A stretch of 55,078 bases of DNA from a virus (lineage: Duplodnaviria; Caudoviricetes): positions 1 through 55,078 of the IMG/VR virus record IMGVR_UViG_3300043296_000111. The stretch is one strand, 5' to 3'. The notes beneath the pieces are model-generated. The model was not told the DNA's origin, searched no databases, and saw only the letters and a program-made list of their open reading frames with translations. The first letter of the stretch is position 1. Every line of letters begins with the position of its first letter. The position numbers and the translations under genes were made by a program. Positions 43,307-51,318 of this stretch are shown here, piece after piece.

Positions 43307-46300
43307 CAGCGTCTCTGGTTGGTGAGCTGTCGGATCAGGGCCGCCCGGTTGACGTCGTCAATCCTGGGGCTGCGCCTGGGTGGGATCCCGGTGTTGACCA
43401 CGGCCGCCGCGTTGGCCCGGCTCATGCCGCCATCACGGAACTGCCGGATCACTTCCTGCGAGGTGAGCCCGTGGCTGTTGATCGCCTTCAGTGCGAGCTG
43501 GTGGGCGTCCGCGAAGACCCTGGCCCGAGACCGCTCCGACCGATGGAAGGCCTCCGTCAGCTCCTCGTCCGTGACGGTGCCCCCACGGTTGGACACGCGG
43601 TTGAGGATCCGGTTCGCATCGTTCAGCCTGCGGTCCATCTCCGTGGTGCGGAAGCGCATGGCCTGACGGACGTCGGTCTTCTGCAGCCGGTGCCCTGTGA
43701 CGACGGCCAGGAACTCCGTCGTCGCGTCGAACTCCTGGCCGAAGTTGTTGGTCTCCTGGTTGATGCCCTTCGCGATCCGCCTGGCGCTGGCGAAGGTGCC
43801 GGGCTCTATGGCACCCCACAGGTGTTCGAGGATGGCGAAGGCCTGGTCCACCTTGTGGTCCTCCGGGTTGAAGACCTGGCCGCCGGAACGCTTCAGGTTG
43901 CTGTTGATCTCCCCGAGCTTCCCGAACAGGATCTCCTCCCCGATGAACGGAGCAGCGGCCTGGAGGGTCGCCTCCAGGAGGGCCTCCTCCCAGTCGCCCT
44001 CGCCCGAGAACAGCCGCCGGAGGGGGTCACGCAGGTAGCTGTACGGATCCGTGTACGAGAGGTCGATGATCGAATAGACCCCGTCCACTGGCGGGCTGGT
44101 GTAGATCAGCGAGCTGTTCTCCTGCCACGGGGCCAGGAAGGGACGCAGATCCTTGTCCTGCTGGGCGTCCACGCCGTTCTTGAAGCGGGACGCTGCCGAC
44201 GCCGCGTAGACGCCACCGGCCGCGACGGTGAGCCCGGCCATCCGGGTGGCCCCGATCTTACGGATCTCTGGGTTGGGAGAGCGGACCTCCTTGATGGCCA
44301 GGCTGATCGTGTGCCAGCCGGTGCGGAACACCTCGGCCGGGAACGAGACGAACGAGCCCATCAGGATGTTCTTCCGCAGCGCCTGGACCCCGGAGGAGAT
44401 CATGCCGTAGTTCGGGTAGGTGTTCCTCACGATCCAGGCTGCGGTCTCTTCGACCTCGGCCTCGGTGGCGTTGGGCAGCGCCTTCCTGTACCGGGCGAAC
44501 TCGTTCTCGAACGCGACGATCTTCCAGAGGTCGTCCTCGGCCCGGTAGATCGCGGTGGCTCCCTTGATGAACCCCCTCATCCCCTTGGAGAGCAGCCCCT
44601 CGTCGGGGCTGATGTTGTCCAGCCCCTTCCTGGAGGCGTCCCTCATCACGGCCGCCAGCTCTCCGGCGTGGGCGCTGCTGTCCACGACACCGAGCATCTG
44701 GATCCGCTTGTAGTACGACTCCCACGGGCTCTCGCCCGGCAGCAGGCCATCGCGGAGCCGGAGCCTGCGCTCGTTCTTCAGCCTCTGCGCGGTGCTCTGG
44801 GCCCCGGCGCGGGCCTGGACTTCGATGCCGACCTTCCCGGCGAGGAACCGCTTGGTCAGCCGCCCTCCCCTGCTGATGCCCGTGCTGGCGTTCACGGCCT
44901 GGATCGCCCGGCCGAAGTGCTGCAGCCGCCAGTGTCCGTTGGCCGTCGCGAAGCCAGCGTTGCCGATCAGGTTCCTGACGTGGGTCATCACGGACATGAC
45001 CGTCTTGTCGAGCTTCACGACGGCGTTCGCTTTCAGGTAGGCGCTGTAGAGCCAGTTCTTCTGGCCAGGCACATCGAACTCACGCTTGAAGGCGTCCGCG
45101 ATCTCTCGGGTAGTGAAGAGACCACTGAGCGGCTCCATCACCTTCGAGCCCTTGGCCGCGATGGGCACGATGAAGGAGCCGTTGGCGTTGGTCGTCTGGA
45201 CTGTGTGGAAGAGGCCGTTCGGGTTGTCGGCTGTCGCCTTCAGGCTGTTCTTGACCTCGGTGAGGAAGCCGTGGCTGGAGAGGTCGCGAGCCATCTGCGA
45301 CACGCTCCTGGCGTAGCGCAGCCTGACGTCGGTGTGCTCCCCCATCAGGGCCCGGATGGCGGGGTGGATGTCCTTCCGCTTGATCAGCATCGACAGGTTC
45401 TTGGACCCGAGGGTGCCGCCGGTCAGGAACTGGAGCGGGCTGTCCACCTGCTTGTCCAGGATGCCTTCGATGAGCCCCTGGAGCTGATTCTCGTCCAGGT
45501 CTGGGCGCTCCTTTCGCAGCCAGCTCCTGGCCCTGTTGACGATGGGCTTCGGGATGTTCTCAAGCTGCCAGGAGGGGGTGTCGAACACCTTGTAGGATCG
45601 GCTGAGATAGACGCCCAGGTTGTCTGCGATCACGGCGGCCAGGTCACCCTCGACCATGCCCGACTGGATCATCTGCTGGGAGAAGCCGTCCACCCTCTCG
45701 CGCATCTGCCTGACGATGGGCCGGAGCGGTTCCGGGATCCTGGACAGCGGGATCTGGCCACTCAGCGCAGCGTTGAGCCGACGCTTCTGGGAGGTGTTCA
45801 TGTTGGGTGTGCCGTAGGCGTCCCGCAGGGCGTCATCGAACCGGCGCAGCGTGAACGTCATGTCCGTGATCTGAGCGCCGAACCACCCCTGGGACTTCAG
45901 CAGCAGCCGCCAGGCGCGGTGGGGGAGATCGCCAGGAGCTGTGAAGTTTCTCTGGAGGAAGGCACCCACTCGTCGCCCGGCTGCAGCGACGTCAACCTTC
46001 AGGGCTCCGGCCTTGGCACCGAGACGTCCTCTGGCCAGCTCCTTGCCCATGTTGAAGAAGCCTCCACGTCCGTTGGCCTGGGTGCCCTCGGGAGCCTTCG
46101 GTGGGATGGGATCCGTGACTCGCCTGGGGACTACCTCAGGGGCACGGGATGGGCCCTCGGCCGGTGGGGTGTGCTTGACCTCTACCTCAGGGTTATGAAG
46201 ATCCCCCTGGGCGGCCCTCGCTGGTGCTAGTCGTCCAGCTTGCCCATCTCCCGCAGAGCGCCCTGGATCCCGTTGTGTATGTTCTGGGCTTCGATCTCGT

Positions 46301-48969
46301 CCCAGTCCACCCTCCCCAGTGCCGGATCGACGTTGCCTGGCGGCCCCTGCCTCTGGCTCGCCGGGAAAGAGGAGTCGTCCGTCGGGGATCTCTCCCCCGC
46401 TCGCGATGAGCCGGGGGTCCTGTCCTTTCGGAACGTCATTGGAGTACCTCTGGTGGGATGTGAAGAGGCCTGACTCGACCGCTTCATGGTACATCGCAGT
46501 AGGAGCGTCACCTACCTCATCTAAAATATACGCTTCCGGTATGTACTTGTCACTGTTTTTGAACCTCAGATAGGCCCGACGCGCTGCCTCCAGGGGCGGG
46601 ATCTCGTTCAGCACGATGTGGACTTCGTAGCCAGCCTTCCGCAGGTTGGCCGCCTCGTCTATGACGTGTCTCCGGCTCTTGCCGATCATCGGCATGACGA
46701 TGTTGTCCCCGCGCAGCAACGCCGCTTTCAGCATCCTGTTGTGGGCGAGGAGGGACGACTCCCTGTGGACCGTGCCCGCTGCCCGGCCGCCGTCGTGCTC
46801 TGGCAGGCCCTTCTTCCACTCGTCGCTGTCGATCAGCAGCCCACGGATCGCCCTCACAATCGGGTTCGAGATCGTGGACTTCCCGGCCGCTGGCGGGCCG
46901 GTCACCATGTAGATGATCCGCTGCCGCCTCACAGCTCCCTCGAAGTAGGCACCGGCCTTCTTCCGAGCCTCAATGCCGCCCCAGAAGCCCGCGTTGTCTT
47001 CGGCCGTCAGCCTCGTGTCGATGGGGTCGTGGACCTCCGCGACCCGCTGCGGATCCCAGACCGGCCCGGCCTCTGCCCTGGTATCGCCATCGGAGTGCAG
47101 GTTCGTGGTGTCGTTGGGGTCGCCTGGCTGCGGACGCCGACGTGCTGCGATCCAATCTGGATCGTTGTTCATCACCCGCTGCAGGGCGGGCCGATCCGGT
47201 GCCGCCAGGGCCGCGTCGTGCATCGCCTGGTTCTCGGGGGTGAGCACCTTCGGCCGTCTGGTCAGGCCTGCGTCTGCTGGGTCGAGCTGGGAACCGGCAC
47301 CAGGAGGAGTCACGTCTGCCGCCTCCGCTGCCGCCGCCCGCTCTTCTGCGTCCAGGCGCACCCCCTCCGAGTCAAGGGCCTCCGCGAGCGTCTGCTCGCT
47401 CAACGGTCTGTTCTCCCCTGCCGTGGACCTCCGTATCGGGAACGCCTCGGGGCCCGTCCTGGTGCCTCCCTGGGCCGTCGTGGGATCTCTGAAGCGGGGG
47501 TCCAGGTCCCCAGGTTTCTTGATCTTGCCAGCGAACGGTGTCGCGCCGATCAGTGCGCTGGCCACGATCCCGAAGACGAGGTTGTTCGCTCGCTGCTGGG
47601 GGTTCTCGGCCTGGTACGCGAGATCGAACGGGATCCCCTCGACGGCCGCCTGCAGCATCCTGGTCCCACGAGTGACCGGGACGTTGGGGTTGAACGACTG
47701 CAGGAAGGCCCGCGTCCTCGTGCCCCTGGCAGCCATCGTCGCCGTCGCGGAGACGCCCACGTTGGTCAACCTGATCATGGCCCCGGCCGCTCCGAGGAAG
47801 CCCACGGCACCACCGACCTTCTCCCAGCCGGTGCGGTCCAGGGTGTCGAAGAGGTCCGTGATGGTCAGGGCCGTGGGCTCCAGACCGAACACGCCCCTGA
47901 CTGCGGTGGTGGCCTTGTCGATCAGGTCGTTCACATGGCTGTCGAAGCGCCCGCCGGTCTCCGCGTCGAGGAACGCACGACCGGCCGAGAGGGTCATCCT
48001 GACAGGCAGCGGGATCTTCTCGAACCTGGTCTGCAGCTCCTCCCTGGACTTCTCTATCGCAAGCCTGAGACGGTCGTGGTCCGTGACGGGTGTCCTGGCC
48101 GCGTCCTCAAGCGGTGGCGGGGGAGGGGTGACCCCCGTGCCGGTGGCCTCACGGGTGACGTCGGGCTGGGCGCGGACGACCGTCCTGGCTATGTCTTCCG
48201 GGTCGCGCTCCTTGATCCCCATCTCTGCCAACGCTGCTTCACCGGCAGCGTTCAGGGACTCCCCGAGTGACATCGGCTCCTGAACGTGGGGGATCCTGGC
48301 GGGCTCTAGTCCGAGCGTCCTCTCGAAGAACCCAGGCTCCTGCCTCTGCCGCTCCAGCACCGCCTCCTGGGCGGTGGGGATCTGCGGAGCTGGCCCAGCA
48401 TCGGGACGCTCCACGAACCCCCGCTCGAACGGATCGAAGACCTGGGTCTCGGGGTCGGGTCCACCGATCTCCCCGAGGGGCTGCATCTCCGTGGGCGCTC
48501 TCGTCTCAATGGGCGGCAGGCCAGCAGCTCGCCGCTCCATCCTGGTGCCACCGAGACCCAGCTCCTCCTCCGGCTCTTCCACGGCCGGTGCCGGGCGTGG
48601 CGGCATCCCGATCCGCCCCTCGTCCTGCCGGGGCCCGGTCTCCAGGAAGCCGTGCTGGAACACGCCCTCGCGACCACGAGGCTCTGCCTCTCTGATCACC
48701 TCCTCCGGCTCTTGCCCTCGACGTTCAGCGAGGACCCGCGAGCGGTCGGCCGCCCTGGTCTGGTCTTCGGTGGCCGCTACTTCGGGGTCGATGGTGACGA
48801 GCATCCGTTCTTGGAGTTGCGCCTCGTCCCGCGCCCTACGCGATGCCCTCAGGGATTCGAGCGGATCGTCTGACGTGGCAGCAGAGTCACGGTCACGCTG
48901 CTGCCGGGCACGTCTCAGCTCCGCGAGTGGATCGTCCTGGAGCTGCTGGTTGGTCTGGCCGGTGGCCAT
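43306..48969 (-). CDS. Large internal virion/ejection (polyvalent-type) protein with zeta-toxin domain (1887 aa)
   Basis: Last of three ejection-like genes; central GPPAAGKS, IDSDEWK and VHRESS motifs; helical C-terminal half. Confidence 0.8.
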   Translation of the reverse strand: MATGQTNQQLQDDPLAELRRARQQRDRDSAATSDDPLESLRASRRARDEAQLQERMLVTIDPEVAATEDQTRAADRSRVLAERRGQEPEEVIREAEPRGREGVFQHGFLETGPRQDEGRIGMPPRPAPAVEEPEEELGLGGTRMERRAAGLPPIETRAPTEMQPLGEIGGPDPETQVFDPFERGFVERPDAGPAPQIPTAQEAVLERQRQEPGFFERTLGLEPARIPHVQEPMSLGESLNAAGEAALAEMGIKERDPEDIARTVVRAQPDVTREATGTGVTPPPPPLEDAARTPVTDHDRLRLAIEKSREELQTRFEKIPLPVRMTLSAGRAFLDAETGGRFDSHVNDLIDKATTAVRGVFGLEPTALTITDLFDTLDRTGWEKVGGAVGFLGAAGAMIRLTNVGVSATATMAARGTRTRAFLQSFNPNVPVTRGTRMLQAAVEGIPFDLAYQAENPQQRANNLVFGIVASALIGATPFAGKIKKPGDLDPRFRDPTTAQGGTRTGPEAFPIRRSTAGENRPLSEQTLAEALDSEGVRLDAEERAAAAEAADVTPPGAGSQLDPADAGLTRRPKVLTPENQAMHDAALAAPDRPALQRVMNNDPDWIAARRRPQPGDPNDTTNLHSDGDTRAEAGPVWDPQRVAEVHDPIDTRLTAEDNAGFWGGIEARKKAGAYFEGAVRRQRIIYMVTGPPAAGKSTISNPIVRAIRGLLIDSDEWKKGLPEHDGGRAAGTVHRESSLLAHNRMLKAALLRGDNIVMPMIGKSRRHVIDEAANLRKAGYEVHIVLNEIPPLEAARRAYLRFKNSDKYIPEAYILDEVGDAPTAMYHEAVESGLFTSHQRYSNDVPKGQDPRLIASGGEIPDGRLLFPGEPEAGAARQRRSGTGEGGLGRDRSPEHTQRDPGRSAGDGQAGRLAPARAAQGDLHNPEVEVKHTPPAEGPSRAPEVVPRRVTDPIPPKAPEGTQANGRGGFFNMGKELARGRLGAKAGALKVDVAAAGRRVGAFLQRNFTAPGDLPHRAWRLLLKSQGWFGAQITDMTFTLRRFDDALRDAYGTPNMNTSQKRRLNAALSGQIPLSRIPEPLRPIVRQMRERVDGFSQQMIQSGMVEGDLAAVIADNLGVYLSRSYKVFDTPSWQLENIPKPIVNRARSWLRKERPDLDENQLQGLIEGILDKQVDSPLQFLTGGTLGSKNLSMLIKRKDIHPAIRALMGEHTDVRLRYARSVSQMARDLSSHGFLTEVKNSLKATADNPNGLFHTVQTTNANGSFIVPIAAKGSKVMEPLSGLFTTREIADAFKREFDVPGQKNWLYSAYLKANAVVKLDKTVMSVMTHVRNLIGNAGFATANGHWRLQHFGRAIQAVNASTGISRGGRLTKRFLAGKVGIEVQARAGAQSTAQRLKNERRLRLRDGLLPGESPWESYYKRIQMLGVVDSSAHAGELAAVMRDASRKGLDNISPDEGLLSKGMRGFIKGATAIYRAEDDLWKIVAFENEFARYRKALPNATEAEVEETAAWIVRNTYPNYGMISSGVQALRKNILMGSFVSFPAEVFRTGWHTISLAIKEVRSPNPEIRKIGATRMAGLTVAAGGVYAASAASRFKNGVDAQQDKDLRPFLAPWQENSSLIYTSPPVDGVYSIIDLSYTDPYSYLRDPLRRLFSGEGDWEEALLEATLQAAAPFIGEEILFGKLGEINSNLKRSGGQVFNPEDHKVDQAFAILEHLWGAIEPGTFASARRIAKGINQETNNFGQEFDATTEFLAVVTGHRLQKTDVRQAMRFRTTEMDRRLNDANRILNRVSNRGGTVTDEELTEAFHRSERSRARVFADAHQLALKAINSHGLTSQEVIRQFRDGGMSRANAAAVVNTGIPPRRSPRIDDVNRAALIRQLTNQRR
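46227..46439 (-). CDS. Nested out-of-frame 70-aa ORF (candidate antitoxin)
   Basis: AGAGGT SD 6 nt before ATG; ends VDWDEIEAQNIHNGIQGALREMGKLDD; starts at the end of the zeta domain. Confidence 0.5.
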   Translation of the reverse strand: MTFRKDRTPGSSRAGERSPTDDSSFPASQRQGPPGNVDPALGRVDWDEIEAQNIHNGIQGALREMGKLDD

Positions 48970-48971
48970 GC

Positions 48972-50252
48972 CTACCTCTCCGGCTCGTCACCCACCTGGG
49001 ATCCGGGCTGTCCCGAGATCACCGGAGCGGGGCCAGCGGCTCGCATGATCGCAGCTCTGTCGGCTGCCGTGATACCAGGGAAGACCCTGTCGAGTTCGGC
49101 GGTCCTGTCCGCGAAGTTGAGGTCTTCGATCTCAGCAGCAAAGCCTGGAATCTCTGCCGAGGTGATGGACTGACGCGGCTCGTTCCCACCCAGGCCTGAT
49201 GCCTCTGCGGGCCCAGCTCCTGGCTGTGCCGTCCGCGACACCGGCTGCAGGAACGTGCCAGCCATCTCGCGAGCCTCACGCCGTGCGTCCTGGAACCGGG
49301 CCAGCCCGACCGAGAACGCCTCTGCGGGGCCCATGTACCCGCCGTCGATCAGCGCCCTCTTCTTCGCCGTCAGCTTCTCCTCGCTGGACAGCTCGTCCGC
49401 TTCGATGTCGTCAATCCGATCCTGCATCCGGTCGAGGTCGTCCTGGATGGCTTCCTGCCGGGCCTGCGGGACCGGCCTCAGGAAGTCCTCGAACTGATCC
49501 GGGTTGTCCTCGAAGATCCCCGCCTGGGCCTCCGAGATCGGCTTGTTCACGTCCTCGGCCTGCTGCATGATGTCCGCGATCCTGGCCGCTCTCGTGCGCT
49601 CGCCACCCGTGGTCGTGGGCGTCTCCCTCCCGGTCTCTGCTGCCGTGTCCCTACCCGACTGGGCAGAGATCGACTGCAGCCGCTGCCTGGCGTCCTCAGG
49701 GTTGCGCTGCAGGACGAGGATCTCCTCCTCGGACACACCGGCCTGCCGGAGGGCGTTCGCTATCTCAGTGCGCTCCTCGGCCGTCGCGGCTGCCGCCTGC
49801 TCCCTCTCGGGCCTGCCGAGGTCGCGCTCCAGTGCAGCGTCGGATCTGACCCGCTGCTCCCTGCCCCTGGGGTTGAAGAAGACCTCATCGTCCGTGCCGG
49901 GGATCTCACCCATCGACCGCCGTGACTGATCTGAGATCTCACTGACTGCCGAGAACGCCCCGCTGATCTGCGACCCCGCTGGCGCGACGGCCCCCACCTG
50001 CTGGCGGATAGCCCTCGTGGTGGGGTCGGCCAGGGTGGAGAGTTCTGGGCTGCGAGCGATCTCCAGGCGGGTGTTGAACTCAGCCTCTGCCTTCCTCGCC
50101 TCACGGTCCTCCTGGCGGGCGTTGAACTCAGCCCCAGCTCGTGCATCTGCCTGGTCAGCCCTTCGGAGCTGCCGGGCCCGCTCGAAGCTCCTGATGAACG
50201 TCGAGAGGATGTCGTTGTCTCTGTCCGGTAGGACGCTGGGTCGGAAGGTCAC
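48972..50252 (-). CDS. Internal virion/ejection protein (426 aa)
   Basis: Helical, R/E/A/Q-rich; between the pilot-like and giant proteins. Confidence 0.7.
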   Translation of the reverse strand: MTFRPSVLPDRDNDILSTFIRSFERARQLRRADQADARAGAEFNARQEDREARKAEAEFNTRLEIARSPELSTLADPTTRAIRQQVGAVAPAGSQISGAFSAVSEISDQSRRSMGEIPGTDDEVFFNPRGREQRVRSDAALERDLGRPEREQAAAATAEERTEIANALRQAGVSEEEILVLQRNPEDARQRLQSISAQSGRDTAAETGRETPTTTGGERTRAARIADIMQQAEDVNKPISEAQAGIFEDNPDQFEDFLRPVPQARQEAIQDDLDRMQDRIDDIEADELSSEEKLTAKKRALIDGGYMGPAEAFSVGLARFQDARREAREMAGTFLQPVSRTAQPGAGPAEASGLGGNEPRQSITSAEIPGFAAEIEDLNFADRTAELDRVFPGITAADRAAIMRAAGPAPVISGQPGSQVGDEPER

Positions 50253-50812
50253 GAGCCGATCCTATCCCCGATGGCCTCACCGATCCCCTGGCCAATGCCG
50301 GGCAGCACCAAGCCACCAGCAAAGCCCAAGGCCTTGCTGAAGAACCCGCCACCCTCCGCGTTCTCCTCGGCCGTGGCCCGGTCGAACGCGCCACCCAGGA
50401 GATCCACCTGCTGCCCGAGGAGATCGGAGCCCGTGCGCTGCAGGCCCTGGATGTTCTGGAGGTTCTGCCTCGAAGCCTCCAGCGACTGCTGGGCGATGGC
50501 GTTCGAGACGCGCCGGTTGAAGTCCTGGAAGAGGCGGCCAGCGTCCTGCTGGAAGAAGCCGGTGCGGAGACGGCCACGACCGACCGACTGTCCGACGAGG
50601 CTCTGGAAGTCCTCGCCCAGGCCCTCGCGAGCTTCGTCCAGGAACCCGGATCCGAAGTCGCTGACCGCCTGGCTGGGGTCGAACGCGAGGGAACGCTCCA
50701 GGCCAGCACGGCGAGTTGCAGCTCCTGATCTGTCGGTCTCCTCTGAGAGCCGGTTGAACCGCTGCTGTGATCTGCGCTGCTGACCTTCCGAACTGAAGAA
50801 CTTCTCGGCCAT
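50249..50812 (-). CDS. Small ejection/pilot-like protein (187 aa)
   Basis: Q/G/S-rich with a Gly-rich hydrophobic C-terminus (GGFFSKALGFAGGLVLPGIG). Confidence 0.65.
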   Translation of the reverse strand: MAEKFFSSEGQQRRSQQRFNRLSEETDRSGAATRRAGLERSLAFDPSQAVSDFGSGFLDEAREGLGEDFQSLVGQSVGRGRLRTGFFQQDAGRLFQDFNRRVSNAIAQQSLEASRQNLQNIQGLQRTGSDLLGQQVDLLGGAFDRATAEENAEGGGFFSKALGFAGGLVLPGIGQGIGEAIGDRIGS

Positions 50813-51318
50813 TATGGGGCCTCCGCTACGAGCGATTCGCGCACCACTTCATATTCTAGTTCCACCTGATCGAATATCAAATCTCCTGCCGCCAGCCCGT
50901 TGATGGCCTCGGCCAGGAGCTGGAACCACGCGCCCCTCAGGCCAGTCCTGAATCGTGCCGGGCCGGTAAGCGGGAAGGGCAGACTGAGCCCCATCTCGAA
51001 CCGCTCCGTCAGCCGGTCTGGTGTGAGGTCTGGCAGGCTGAAGATCAGCCGCTCATCTGGCTGTCCGTTCGTCCCGTCGAGGGGCACGAAGTCCACGATG
51101 GGCGTGAGCCGGATGTCCACGGCCATGTCGTGGGTGATCGTGATGTAGACGTTCTTGAAGACTGCCTCGCCGCTGGCCCCGGCAGGAGCGACCGCGTTGC
51201 TGAGAGCTGACGGCACGTAGGCGACCGTGTTGTCCTCGAAGCCCACGCCAACCTCAAGGACGCTGGCCTCGACGTCTCTGCCCCCGTAGAAGAGGGTCGG
51301 AATCGGGGTGCCAGTCAT
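50812..51318 (-). CDS. Tail protein, 168 aa, allele B
   Basis: 149 of 168 residues identical to 6..512. Confidence 0.75.
   Translation of the reverse strand: MTGTPIPTLFYGGRDVEASVLEVGVGFEDNTVAYVPSALSNAVAPAGASGEAVFKNVYITITHDMAVDIRLTPIVDFVPLDGTNGQPDERLIFSLPDLTPDRLTERFEMGLSLPFPLTGPARFRTGLRGAWFQLLAEAINGLAAGDLIFDQVELEYEVVRESLVAEAP

Noticed and set aside
43471-46230. Long antisense ORFs (also 13139-14626, 28298-30064, 46618-48270)
   Set aside because: Shadow frames of GC3-rich genes on the opposite strand; no motifs or SD support.
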